Shown here: in pieces, positions 48,501 through 58,700 of the stretch | Numbering within the stretch: the first letter of the stretch is position 1 | Layout of the letters: the number at the start of each line of letters is the position of its first letter | Origin: a virus | Taxonomy: Duplodnaviria; Caudoviricetes | IMG/VR virus record: IMGVR_UViG_3300037067_003400 | Span: 146,952-210,951 of that record | Strand: one strand, 5' to 3' | Length of the DNA stretch: 64,000 bases | Notes under the pieces: model-generated | Seen by the model: the letters and a program-made list of their open reading frames with translations, nothing else | Database searches by the model: none | Told to the model about the DNA's origin: nothing | Made by a program: the position numbers and the translations under genes

Positions 48501-51378
48501 TTCTATTTCTAAATATTTTTATCTTTAGGTTTGTTCTTCTTGTAACAAGATTCATAAACTCTCGTTTATATTTCTTTATTTCTCTTGTTGTTAATGAACT
48601 TCTACCAGAAAGAATTTCTCTATTTAAGAATCCTCTTACTCGTTCTACTTCTTCTTCTAATTCTCGTAGTTCTGCAAGGTCACTATCTAAAGATTTATAT
48701 AGAGTTTGTAGGCTTCTGTCAGAATTAAAAGTCTTAGCAGTCGATAGATCCCCCATGACTACTTCTATCCCAGATTCTCCTGTTTGCCAGTTAACAGTTC
48801 CTGGAATAAGTTCTTGAACAAATGGGCTTAAGTTACCTTCTTGAACTGCAGCTTGTAGATCATTCATATCTACTATAGCATAGGTAGCATTATCTATTGT
48901 TCTTATCTTACCTATTGCTTGTAGTCTTTCAGTTAAATCTACTTCTTCTGGAAGTATAGACTGTGCTGCTTGCTCGAAAGTATTATTCTCTGCTGGGATA
49001 ATATCTTCGATTCCAAAGAAGGAGTCAAGTTCTTCTTCTCCTTGGAGCTCTCCAATCTTACTGGCTTCTCCACCTTGTGATATAACTTTTCCATAGCCAT
49101 AGTCTATGTTATTTTGTATATCTAAGTTTTCAGTTGCAACGGAGAATGGGTCTTCTCCTCTTTGATATCTCTCAAAGGCATCCTGCACAGCACCTTTTAC
49201 TAAGTCTTCTGGGGTATCTATGCCCACAAGTTTTGTAGGATCAGTTAGTGCTTGATCAGCTAATGCATATATAGTAGCAAGTTGGTCTTCAGTAGCTGTT
49301 GTTTCGTGTGCAAGTCCAAGTAGTTCTGATATCTTAGAGTAACCATATGCTTCAAACTGAGCTTCTGACTTTGGATCGTTTAGATTAAAACCTAAACCAG
49401 TTTTAAAGATATCTCGTATGCTTAAGTTTCCAAGATTTTTAATACGTCTACTTGTTAGAGTTACAGCTTCTGCTTGTGGCAGGGCTGTTCTTCCCAGAGC
49501 ATTCTCAGATATAGTTTCATTAGCAAGAAGAGCTAAAGGCTCTAACTCACCTTTCATTACTATCTTAGCAAGGTCTAAGAGTTCTTCTGGTTTAAGGTCT
49601 CCTCTTATTCTAACTGCTACCTGATTTTCTCTGTGAGCTAAGTTACCTATTACATCTATAGGTGTACCCATAGCAATGTCATCATCTAATCCAGGAAGTA
49701 TACCAGTTAGTTTATATCTAACTCTATCTATAGTTGTATAATAGGTCTTATCTTCTTCAAGTGCACGAACAGCTTGCCTTGTGCTGAATGTTTCTCTATT
49801 CGTAGATAACTTTGATAATGTTTTTGAAGCAGTACGTCTCTTTAGGTCATAGATAATGTCATCCATGCTTTGGTTGAAGCGTGAGCCCATCGCATTAACA
49901 ACATCTTGATCTGCTATATCATAGACTCCAGAGAATACTTTCTTCTCTACCCTATTTACTGTAGGATATCTACCAGATATAGCTTCTAATCTTTTGGTTC
50001 TTGTCTCTAAAAAGTTTAATCTTTTTTGTGCTGCAGCACTATTACCATATTTAGTTTTCTCAAATAAATCTTTTGTGTTTCCTACAAGAGTTTCTGATCT
50101 CATCTCTGCGAATATAGATTGTATTCTTAAATACTCTGCTGTTTCTCTTTGATATTGTGCAGATCTTCTTACAAAGATATCTGCTTCTCTTGAACGTGGA
50201 GCTAACCCTGTACCATAGTTACCAATCTCATTACTTGTGAATGGGCTGTTAATACTTTCTAAATCAGGATATGCATTGTTAGCATCTTGTAATTCAAAGG
50301 AACCGAGGTTTTCATTTATTATTTTATCTTTTAAATCTGTTAGTCTATTTAGTTCTTCGAATTCTTTGTTTACTGCAGACTGACCTTGTCTCCATGCTCC
50401 ACCAGTTCTTGAAACTTTCTTTGCTACTCGAGCAGTAACTTTTAATATTTCTTCTTTGTTGCCTGTTCTTGCTACTCGTAATATAGCTTCAGCATCGTCT
50501 CCTATTATTCCTCGGAGTTGTTTTAGTAGATAGGTATACTCTCCAGAGCCAGTGCCTTCATATCCTTTAGATACGTTGATGAGCATATCCATAGCTTCAT
50601 CGGTTAGTCTACCTTTGAATGCTGCATCTGGATTAAAGGTTTCTCTAAATTGTGACATTATTGCGTCAGTATGTATAGCTTGTGACACAAATTCATGCTG
50701 AATCTTAATTCTTTTATCTAAATAGTAGATCTGCCTGTATACATCATCTGCTGTTTTTGTTGGATTAAGCACACCGCTATCTGTAGCAGCAAGATCCATT
50801 ATGATTCTAACAAGCTCTCTCTTGTTAGATGTTTTAATATACCTACATTCTTGTAGATCTGCCACCATCTTTGCTATCTGTATTTCACTTCCGCTATTCA
50901 TAGCAAAGGTACTTAACTTAATATCTTTTTCTTTTTCTAAGAATTCAATGGCTGCTAATACATCATCTCTATCTAATGTACCAATGTTGTTAGAAGTGAA
51001 GAGAGTGTTAACTCTTCTTCTAATACGATCCCATTGACTTTTGCCAAATACTGGGGCAGTTTGCCGACTGGTTTGCTTAGTAGCTGCAGCAGCTATAGAA
51101 GGGCCAGTAGAGATAGTTTCTCCTGCTGTTTTAATTTGACCTGCTACTACCTCACCTATTCTAATAGATATATTATCTAGTATAGGTTTGACTGCATTAC
51201 GAGCTATCTCATAATTTTTTATTATGCCATCTCTTGCAAAGAAAACAGTTATGACAATGCCCCACTCTAAAAGTGGCGTAACATCTCTTACCACACCTTC
51301 TTTTAAAGTTTGGTTATCTCTTACTCTATCTCCGATAGCATATTTAGTTCTGTCGTAGGAATATGTTGGTTCTGCCAT
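45529..51378 (-). CDS. Giant protein with internal DEDDh (DnaQ-like) exonuclease domain and C-terminal hydrophobic helix
   Basis: FLDIET...HNMGFD...VDTM...SLQTLA...HIGLKDV at about 47600-48165; PLAVVAAGAAFFAL near the C-terminus. Confidence 0.75.
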   Translation of the reverse strand: MAEPTYSYDRTKYAIGDRVRDNQTLKEGVVRDVTPLLEWGIVITVFFARDGIIKNYEIARNAVKPILDNISIRIGEVVAGQIKTAGETISTGPSIAAAATKQTSRQTAPVFGKSQWDRIRRRVNTLFTSNNIGTLDRDDVLAAIEFLEKEKDIKLSTFAMNSGSEIQIAKMVADLQECRYIKTSNKRELVRIIMDLAATDSGVLNPTKTADDVYRQIYYLDKRIKIQHEFVSQAIHTDAIMSQFRETFNPDAAFKGRLTDEAMDMLINVSKGYEGTGSGEYTYLLKQLRGIIGDDAEAILRVARTGNKEEILKVTARVAKKVSRTGGAWRQGQSAVNKEFEELNRLTDLKDKIINENLGSFELQDANNAYPDLESINSPFTSNEIGNYGTGLAPRSREADIFVRRSAQYQRETAEYLRIQSIFAEMRSETLVGNTKDLFEKTKYGNSAAAQKRLNFLETRTKRLEAISGRYPTVNRVEKKVFSGVYDIADQDVVNAMGSRFNQSMDDIIYDLKRRTASKTLSKLSTNRETFSTRQAVRALEEDKTYYTTIDRVRYKLTGILPGLDDDIAMGTPIDVIGNLAHRENQVAVRIRGDLKPEELLDLAKIVMKGELEPLALLANETISENALGRTALPQAEAVTLTSRRIKNLGNLSIRDIFKTGLGFNLNDPKSEAQFEAYGYSKISELLGLAHETTATEDQLATIYALADQALTDPTKLVGIDTPEDLVKGAVQDAFERYQRGEDPFSVATENLDIQNNIDYGYGKVISQGGEASKIGELQGEEELDSFFGIEDIIPAENNTFEQAAQSILPEEVDLTERLQAIGKIRTIDNATYAIVDMNDLQAAVQEGNLSPFVQELIPGTVNWQTGESGIEVVMGDLSTAKTFNSDRSLQTLYKSLDSDLAELRELEEEVERVRGFLNREILSGRSSLTTREIKKYKREFMNLVTRRTNLKIKIFRNRTQITNASKKQLQRLEQEQIGTTKKYLLTREGRLVDAGGKYYALDAEERELSKYAVRNLKELPEEVIENLPNITALDRATIYELPGGLKFMHPTGAVDAKTHLSNIKKALTGGAVTFLDIETDADSIINIAAQTIEDGSVTKTLDVGKVLRASERSIQHGPEEYTPSNLLEHTGGYTKDFGEALTSEKTRITALAHMFRNTPGPIAVHNMGFDLPYIIQRATELDLPPEVIEALKSKLNKQVDTMFIAKIAQQFMDEQISGGLSLQTLAKALDVRGKDWIEEHIGLKDVETTTAVFNKLKGIIGNNTIGELSQSEFNTTGQYYFGVTGRETRGRAWQVTGFERLDDSGVRATRQGVHYGESIATGKTVQVTDTAYNIMNRLETQFEVFTDKGALDKTYDATITDLAMRRSRRLMSDVTLLESEKARAALVDTGMQSFIDAAQAGELTQQEIKRYGQLVTDPRLQEQVFRVGATTLSEIENVHKPVYEALAKSQQLTTEEKNTLLRKYWEEVEQVFPWERNADIRGNYNNRIAINIPALGNNPASINISSASRFQSDLENITERMIPTMEADKLATRARAAGIAEENIERLLQQKSIAGISDEDLTSLSEEMWQNELSTSWRTSRTEYAKKIDPIAGDQYANMSADEIRSRAIQMGKSARDTVNAEEHAMFTYGEFNNYMVDRSERMNAQAQSLLEPIQSKYINAETQIAAIGEARGYNYGLLPVYNKSIPDFLKGKTVADIIPGYQAELGEKKGLTKGLGLLKYILGNTDEFSPELVSNIHQHLGWEDADPKNARVLARSQKTLGELSETELSSIIHSDTAPEKLKRLALRVLGGTEQEGLNVALPRITRPFASKFSIGASIVDGAEQIFSQAGETLSRHAIPLAVVAAGAAFFALRKPNLNQVEEKDMPLSTTNRDIVSKQTSLYNSISIKVEGEAHEDITQQSIVESIQRALHANVASPMPANPNIQMQDNRKKFDKQHLDEEAGKLLK

Positions 51379-51401
51379 GGGTTCCTATTAGTGGGGTTAT
51401 T

Positions 51402-51421
51402 GGGGGATATTACTATCCCCC
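51402..51421. other. Intergenic GC-rich hairpin
   Basis: GGGGGATA-TTAC-TATCCCCC; no U-tract on the minus strand. Confidence 0.5.
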
Positions 51422-51437
51422 TTGTGGTACATGTGTA

Positions 51438-52028
51438 TTACTCTACAGAAGTTTTATCTTGTATATACTGTTGTAAGTATTCCATTGGGTGAAGTTTAGC
51501 AAGTGGTATACATTTTGCTGGGTACTTCAGTGTTTTATTTATATTAAATTGTTCTATTTCTTCAGCTGTTATCCAGCCTATAGCATATCCTTCTCTAATA
51601 TCTGGATTGTAACCACAGCATATATATAAGTCTTTGTGTACTTCTAACTCTGGTAATGATATCATCATTGAGAAACCAGATATGCTTAGTGTCCTGTCAT
51701 ATTGTTTTTGTTGGTTTATGAATGGTTCTAATATTCTTGTCTTTACACCTATAGATATTTTATTAAGTGTAAACTCTGGATGGTTCTGTTCTAATAGTTC
51801 TCGTATGTATTGTTTTGGAAAGTAATACTCTAAGAATCTATCCAGTATAATTAGTCCTGCTAAACCAACAGCTCCAGTTTTTATATCTCTATGTTTAGAT
51901 AGTCTATTAGAATCTGACTTACAGCGTTTCCATAACTTCTTAGAAAGAAGTGTATAGTAGCATGCCTCTAAAGGATCTATCTTACTTTTAGAATAAACTT
52001 CGTTATACGTCGGAATCTTGTTTTCCAT
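51438..52028 (-). CDS. Hypothetical protein, possibly a degenerate PD-(D/E)xK fold
   Basis: GLAGL...IGVKT...DLYICC...AIGWI pattern; start revised to MENKIP after GAGGAG. Confidence 0.5.
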   Translation of the reverse strand: MENKIPTYNEVYSKSKIDPLEACYYTLLSKKLWKRCKSDSNRLSKHRDIKTGAVGLAGLIILDRFLEYYFPKQYIRELLEQNHPEFTLNKISIGVKTRILEPFINQQKQYDRTLSISGFSMMISLPELEVHKDLYICCGYNPDIREGYAIGWITAEEIEQFNINKTLKYPAKCIPLAKLHPMEYLQQYIQDKTSVE

Positions 52029-52341
52029 TGTCAGTCTCCTCGGGTACAGCATTAGTTGCTGCTTCTTTATTAAGATCTGCAGCATGTCTACTTAGATATT
52101 CTTTAAACCATTTATCACGGCGTATATACTTTAACTCTGCTATACGGTCAAAGTTTTCTTTTTTAAAGATATCTGTTAGCTGTAAGTTATTAGTAATAGC
52201 TTCCAACTTCTGTAACTTACGAGCATCATAAGTCTCAGAACGTAGCTTCATTTTTTCTTCTTTACTCTTAGATCTTTTAGTCTTTCTTATCTTACCACCT
52301 GGGTTATGAACTTGTGTTTTCAATTGGAATCTCCTGAACAT
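52003..52341 (-). CDS. Basic hypothetical protein
   Basis: ORF track; start could be TTG 52323 after AGGAGA. Confidence 0.6.
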   Translation of the reverse strand: MFRRFQLKTQVHNPGGKIRKTKRSKSKEEKMKLRSETYDARKLQKLEAITNNLQLTDIFKKENFDRIAELKYIRRDKWFKEYLSRHAADLNKEAATNAVPEETDNGKQDSDV

Positions 52342-52672
52342 CTGTTATTAACTCATCCTCAAAGATATGTCCATCTACTGTTGGATAGAGTCCTAATCCT
52401 TTTAAATCAATTTCTTCTTTAAGAAATTCTGAGTAACCCCTAATATGTAGTTTACCTTCCCACGTGGGAGGGTCTATTTTAATTATAATATCCTCGTCTC
52501 CTAACAAAGCAATAAGTGCTTCGTTAGCATCTTCTACTTTTAGCATGTCATTAGTATTCTCTGCTAAGTCTTTTCCAGTAATTCTTATTTCACTTACTTC
52601 TCTTACTGGTTCGAAAGTAACATAGAAGGTTGAGCCAAAGCTTGTTTCTACTAATAAGTATTTAGTCTCCAC
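52304..52672 (-). CDS. Acidic hypothetical protein
   Basis: ORF track; overlaps both neighbours. Confidence 0.65.
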   Translation of the reverse strand: METKYLLVETSFGSTFYVTFEPVREVSEIRITGKDLAENTNDMLKVEDANEALIALLGDEDIIIKIDPPTWEGKLHIRGYSEFLKEEIDLKGLGLYPTVDGHIFEDELITDVQEIPIENTSS

Positions 52673-53225
52673 TTAGATAACTATGCACTCCATCTGCTAC
52701 TGCTTTTGCTAATAGGTTTCGTGTTCTATCCTTTAGCATAATAGATAAGTCGTGTGGATTGGATATAAAGCCAATCTCAACTAAGATACAAGATTTGCAC
52801 TTTAGTTTCTGTGGGTACCTTAACATATAGAATCCAGTTTTATATCTACTGGTGTCGGCAATTATCCCAGTGCTATATCTCTTTAGTAAAGCTGTTTCAT
52901 TAATAGTATCTTCTACTATCCAAGCAAGTTTCTTTGACTCTGGGAAATTTCCCCGATACCAAACAGAAGCTCCCTGTGGTACTTTAGAGGCAACACTATT
53001 TAGATGGCAGGAGATTAGTATGTCTCCTTCTCTTGCTAATGTGCGTCTAAACTTAGGTTCTAAAGTTTCATCTGTGTCTCTGGTAAACTTAGTCTTATAT
53101 CCATATTTTCTTAGGAAGTGCCCCAGCATTAAAGCAAACTCCAATGCCAGGTTCTTCTCTTGATAGACTCCATTTACTGCACCTGGGTCTGAGCCTCCAT
53201 GTCCAGGATCTATTACTATATTCAT
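52662..53225 (-). CDS. N-acetylmuramoyl-L-alanine amidase (Amidase_3), probable endolysin
   Basis: IVIDPGHGGSDPGA, EK, SCHLN, LVEIGFISN. Confidence 0.93.
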   Translation of the reverse strand: MNIVIDPGHGGSDPGAVNGVYQEKNLALEFALMLGHFLRKYGYKTKFTRDTDETLEPKFRRTLAREGDILISCHLNSVASKVPQGASVWYRGNFPESKKLAWIVEDTINETALLKRYSTGIIADTSRYKTGFYMLRYPQKLKCKSCILVEIGFISNPHDLSIMLKDRTRNLLAKAVADGVHSYLSGD

Positions 53226-53229
53226 ATTG

Positions 53230-54165
53230 TTACCACTGTATTCCAAAGTCTTTATATATTCTATAACGAATATGAGTTTCTAATGCTTTGTCAAAGTTAT
53301 CTTGCGTAGTAGATACCACAGATACTTTAACTCCTCTTGAGCTTTTCCAGTAGCCTTCTTCTACAGGCTCATCTATAACTTCTACTATAGACTTTCCACT
53401 ATTGAAGGCAGCATATGTAGCTGGTCCAGCATGTCCTATTACTAAATCACAGTTTGGATGCGTAGCCAATACAACCCTGTCAGCTATCTTCATATCTGGT
53501 AGAACGTATACCGGGTTGAAGTCTAATCCACAAGTATTAAATAAGTTTGATATATCATCTGACTCTGGCATTATATCCACTAAGGCAAATGCTCCACTTA
53601 TTTTCTTCCTAAGTTCTTTAGAGCTCATTAGTATCTTCTTAATTTCTTCTAAAGATTTTTTAGATGGTACTACTGGAATTAAACTTCCTGGGTCTACGTC
53701 GTAGTTTACTCCCATATCAGAGCATATAGATACGTAATACCCCATGGCTTGATGCCATTGTGGTGGGTAGTCTGCATCGAATGTAGCATACTCTTCTGGA
53801 AAAGAAACAGAAGATGTAGGAACGTTAGCTTCTTTAGCTCTTGCTTTTACTAACATATCTATTTCTTTTTTTAGAATTCTTCTACGCTTAAGCTCTTTAG
53901 CTTTAGTAGTTACTATAGTAGTTGTTAGTTTGCATACGTGATCAAAGTTATCAAGTAACTCTTGTTTTGTAGCAACTTTTGATAAGACATTGTTATATAC
54001 TTTATCAATCATCCAGAACTTGTATGCATAGTTTGTTTTATCTACATCATCTATTACAAGTTGAATTTTATATTCTGGAAAGTTGTATTTAAATTTATCT
54101 AATGCTGTAAGAGCATTAATATAATCTGTATCATTTCCTTTAAATTCAAAAAGTATCGGTTTCAT
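53230..54165 (-). CDS. Divergent GT9 (heptosyltransferase-fold)-like protein
   Basis: N-terminal ILF...D...ALDKFKYNFPEYKIQLV and C-terminal CDLVIGHAGPATYAAFNSGKSIV resemble the GT9 motifs. Confidence 0.5.
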   Translation of the reverse strand: MKPILFEFKGNDTDYINALTALDKFKYNFPEYKIQLVIDDVDKTNYAYKFWMIDKVYNNVLSKVATKQELLDNFDHVCKLTTTIVTTKAKELKRRRILKKEIDMLVKARAKEANVPTSSVSFPEEYATFDADYPPQWHQAMGYYVSICSDMGVNYDVDPGSLIPVVPSKKSLEEIKKILMSSKELRKKISGAFALVDIMPESDDISNLFNTCGLDFNPVYVLPDMKIADRVVLATHPNCDLVIGHAGPATYAAFNSGKSIVEVIDEPVEEGYWKSSRGVKVSVVSTTQDNFDKALETHIRYRIYKDFGIQW

Positions 54166-54167
54166 AG

Positions 54168-54413
54168 TTACCTCTTCTTCTTAGTTAATGGTGTGTAATG
54201 TATTTTAACTGTATTAACTCCACCATCTAAATGTTGTCTTGTAGCTACTTCATTAACAGTTATAGTAGCTGATGAGTCTGAGAGTTCTATACTATATAGG
54301 TCATCTATTAATGTTATACCATTAGATACTACAACTAATATAGTATCCAGGTCAACATCTTTAGTATCAAACTCGTAACGTTGTCTCATAACTCTTTTGG
54401 CTGGCTTAAACAT
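54168..54413 (-). CDS. Hypothetical protein
   Basis: 81 aa; AAGGGGAA SD. Confidence 0.65.
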   Translation of the reverse strand: MFKPAKRVMRQRYEFDTKDVDLDTILVVVSNGITLIDDLYSIELSDSSATITVNEVATRQHLDGGVNTVKIHYTPLTKKKR

Positions 54414-54425
54414 TGTTCCCCCTTT

Positions 54426-55664
54426 CTATCCTTTATCCTTGAAGCTGGCATCATAGTTGCCATCAGCATAAAGTTTGATTAGGATTCCACCGTTGCTTGG
54501 AGGTGGCATCTCTGCTTTGTAGGCATAGGTTTCTTCCCATCTTAAAAAGGATGGGCATACTATGCTCCATTGGGTCTTGTATTCTAAACAGCATTCTATA
54601 GGATTCTCCACTATACAGGCTTGAGTATTACAACTACTATTGTGTGAGTGTCCTTGTACGATAAAATTCATAAAGTCTGTAAATCCACTTACTTTGTTCA
54701 AACTTGACATCATACCGGCTTTACTTGTTCCAGCACCAGTACCATGTCTTGCATATAGTTTCCATTTGTTTCCACAGCCTAAGATAGAGCAGTAGACAGG
54801 TCCACTAAAGTAAGGGATGTTAAGGTATTTAGCAATTACCTCTGATGGGTCTATACCAGCTTTAGTCATGGTTCTTTTCTCATGATTACCTGGTAACATA
54901 AATAATACTTTGTGAGCGATAGGAGCAAGTAACTTGCATAACTCATCTATCTGAGAAGTCGGTGGTATATCCTGGTCGTAGGTCATACCTCGTCCATCGT
55001 CTAATGCATTCTCCTCAAGGTCTCCCCCAAAGAATGTAAGTAGGTTAGGTGTTTCCTCTATCCACTTTAGATACTTGGAAAACTTTTCATGCTTATGCCC
55101 ACAGTGTCCAAAGTGTACGTCGTAAAGAGGAGTTATATAAACACACTCTTCTGTGTTATCAAACATATCATCAGGTAGCTGTACTAACTGATAAGGTTGA
55201 AAGAAATCTCCATATCTGGAAGGAGAGTTATAGAAAGACCAGTTTCTTTCTGCGAGTTTAAGTTCTTCTGTTTTAACTTCTGGGAGAAGTATGTACCGTT
55301 CACGTCCCCACCCATCTACTTGTTCAAACAGATTATAACTTGGATACTCTTCATCAAGTAAAGCTTCACTCTTGTTACCAAACTTAGCACTGATCTCATT
55401 AGTTAAGCGTGCTTTCTTTAGAAACAATATAAAGTTTGTTTTATCTTTAGCAGTTAGTTCTGGTGTGTCATCTGTTACACATGTAACAGGGTTTGCTTGT
55501 TTAGATCTTGGTCGTGGAGTAATCATCTCATCGTTCTGTCTTAGAAATCGTATGAAGTGATCTACTCTTCCCATAGTAGTGTCAAATCTATCAGCTAATT
55601 CTAAATTGCTTAGTCCTTCAGAGATAGCTAATAGAAACTCGGACTTACTTTCAGGCATCCACAT
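54426..55664 (-). CDS. Calcineurin-like metallophosphoesterase with N-terminal HTH
   Basis: DVHFG, GGD, PGNHE, RHG, GHSH; GLSNLELADRF HTH; start revised to ATG 55664 after GGAGGA. Confidence 0.85.
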   Translation of the reverse strand: MWMPESKSEFLLAISEGLSNLELADRFDTTMGRVDHFIRFLRQNDEMITPRPRSKQANPVTCVTDDTPELTAKDKTNFILFLKKARLTNEISAKFGNKSEALLDEEYPSYNLFEQVDGWGRERYILLPEVKTEELKLAERNWSFYNSPSRYGDFFQPYQLVQLPDDMFDNTEECVYITPLYDVHFGHCGHKHEKFSKYLKWIEETPNLLTFFGGDLEENALDDGRGMTYDQDIPPTSQIDELCKLLAPIAHKVLFMLPGNHEKRTMTKAGIDPSEVIAKYLNIPYFSGPVYCSILGCGNKWKLYARHGTGAGTSKAGMMSSLNKVSGFTDFMNFIVQGHSHNSSCNTQACIVENPIECCLEYKTQWSIVCPSFLRWEETYAYKAEMPPPSNGGILIKLYADGNYDASFKDKG

Positions 55665-55698
55665 TAAATATTGTCCTCCAATATATTCATCTACTATA

Positions 55699-55726
55699 AT
55701 TATACCCACTTTTGCAAATATTATGC
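55699..55726 (-). promoter_or_regulatory. Putative promoter GCATAA-N13-GGGTATAAT
   Basis: Conserved motif and spacing. Confidence 0.6.
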
Positions 55727-55732
55727 AATAAG

Positions 55733-58700
55733 TTAGTAACTATTTAACGCATTTATCAAATCTTGCTCCCTGTGATGTTTGATATCTACTTGAACATTCA
55801 CATCATCAGATTGTAAGTTTCTATCTTCTTTGGTAGATACTATAATCTTTAGATTCGATAATCCTTTCCCAGATAGGATTTGATTAAGGTGATCTTGTAT
55901 ACTTGCACTATTACCATGGACTGTAGGAAGCTCTATATTCTTGGTATGAACTTCAGACTCTTCTACGTTAGTTGGGTATAGTCCAAAGTCCATAGGATCC
56001 ATACCTTCTGCAACTACTGTTCTTGTTTTAAGTTCTTCTAAATTAACTTCAGGCCTGAATCCTGCCCAGTCTTTTCCTGGTAAAGTATGTGTCTTAAAGT
56101 ACTCTTGTAGTAAAGGTCTATCTGGTATTCTACCTGCATCTATACCCATCTGCAATCCTAATAACCTTTTCTGGTAATTAGGAAGCAACTTAAATATCTT
56201 TTCTCTTTCTCCTGGAGTGCTCTGCGTAAGGAATCCTTGTATTAGTTCTCTTTCGTATTTAGGGAATGCTTTAATTGTATTGAGTAGCGGCCCCCCAGCT
56301 TCTTGCCCATACATAGTTGATCTATACTTATCTCTATAGAGTAAAGCTTGAGTGGCAACTGGACCTAAAGCAAATTGTTCTTTTCTTCCTTGCAAATCTT
56401 GTATTTGTTTTCGTAAAGCAAGTTCTTCTTTAGAACCTTTCTTATTAGCTCTTAATAATCTTAATCGTTGCTCTGTTAGGAGTTTAATCTGGTTCTTTCT
56501 CCAGGCACCTATTGCTTCATATCTATTAGATAAAGCTTCTACATCTACTCCTTCTTTTTCTTTAGCAATCTGAGCTGTCTTATCATAGAGTCCTCTGTAC
56601 TTCATATATTCTAAGATATCGTAGTACTCTTCTATGTCTCTACGCTTTTGCGTTCTACCTGGCACCCATGCTTCATCAGAACGTGCATCATGAACCTGTC
56701 TTGCTAAAGATAATATACCACCAACAGCTGCCCCTACTCCTGCAGCTTTCCAACGTAAGGCTCTGCTCTTGAAGAAGAATGAAGTAAAGACTCCAGCTCC
56801 TACAGAAGCTCCTAATAATCCTCTTGACATAAATGAAGTGTAACTTGGTTTTATAAAACTACCTATTGGATCTTCCCACTTAGCAGAACGTGATCCATAA
56901 GTATCTCTTGCATAAAGTTCATAAGGTGAATTAACATCCATAAACTTTGTATTATGCACGATAGCATTTATTGTAGCAAAGTTATCATCATCTTCTATTT
57001 CTATATCAACTGTACTATCTTGATACGTAGACTCTTTTATTTCTTGTATACCATATAGGATATAGTCTTGTAAATATACTCTATGATAGAATCTTTGTGG
57101 GTTTGGTTTTACTTCATTGATATATGTACAAGTTGAATCAATAAAAGTTGATAATGCATCTTGTTTTCCTATACAAACACGATATAATGGTACTTCCCTT
57201 TGTATTCCCAATGTTAATATTGCTGGTATATTCCATAATTCTATTAGTGCATCTCTAAGCCACACTAATAAATCAAGAGCATTCATACCAATTGTATCAT
57301 ATCTACTATAACCTTTTTTTGTACCATCTCCTCGTAGTAATCCTTTTATAAACTCTGCTCGTAATTCATTAGAAGTAAGTAGAGTTTCTGGTGCGTGTTT
57401 TTTATCTTTAGCTCCTACAAATGTATCTACTATTTCTGCTAAATAACAATTACCTACTCTTACTGAAGTTACGTTTCCATTGTACTGTATACTAGGAAGC
57501 CCAAATCCACATTTTTCTACTAAAGTAGCTACATCGTCTATATAATCTATCTCGTTTGAAGAGAATGTAAATATTGTATAAGATAGTTTATCATTACTTT
57601 TTGAAGTACATCCTTCTGCTGCATAGTATCCTAGTAATCGTGCTAGATCTTTTGTTACTTGTAAACTTTTGTTTCTATAGCATTTTTTTGCACCATTATT
57701 AGATGGTACCCACACGCTTGAATCATTACATTTAAATCTTTGTGTATTTAAACTATATAGGTCTATATAAGTATCTTCTACATTATTCTCAAATTTTCTA
57801 GGTGTGTATACTACAAAGTCATGTTCTTTTATGTCTCCTGCTAAAACAAACTCTGGTATAGGGTTGTTTCCATATGGTAATTGTTCTACCCATACTCCTT
57901 TTTGTTTTTTTCGTGTTGGAAGTCCACCACGTACTATTAGGATTGGGTGATCATCTGTTACTGTTATTGGTATATTGCTACTAAATAATTTAATTTCTAA
58001 TATTGTTTTACCTTTACTTTGTGGTTGTGCTGTTACAACTGATTTAAATTTACCACTAGAAGTTAGCAATTTATCACCATGTTTTATATCTTTTGCATGC
58101 TTTACTCCAGAGTTAGTAATTATTTGGGTGTAAGGAGCTACACAATGAATAGGTGTTCGTGAATGTGCTAACCTTTCCCATCGTTTACCTGCTGCTATCT
58201 CATGATTAGAGAATCTTGCCCATACTCCAGTAGCTGACCAGTCACCTTCTTTTTCTGTACCTATCCCATTACGTAGTAAGTCTCTGTTTACATTTCTACC
58301 ATTAGTCAGTATAACTGCATGCTGTGTATTTAATACATCATCAGCAAATCTATTTAATGGATCAGCATTTACTAATGCTCTTATCTTAGAGCCTTTACGT
58401 ATATTGAATTGTGAGAATAAGAACTCTGCTGGTGACATACCTTCTGGAGGTGTACCATATTCTTCTAATATTCTTTCCTGGGAATTTCTTATTCCTGCAA
58501 GTCTTAGAGGGTGTTCGTCTTCATTTACTGAAATAGTATTAGCATCTATTATTTCTTTTACTGTATAATTTTCTGTGTCTACTTTTGCTGATAAGAAATG
58601 ATATGGATAGATGTTTAGTTTTCTCTTTTGTAATGTGGCTCTATGCTTAGCTGCTTGTATTCTATCATTTTCAGCTGGAGTTATTTGTGTATCACCAACT

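Noticed and set aside
51402-51421. Intrinsic terminator
   Set aside because: A hairpin is present but there is no U-tract on the transcribed strand.
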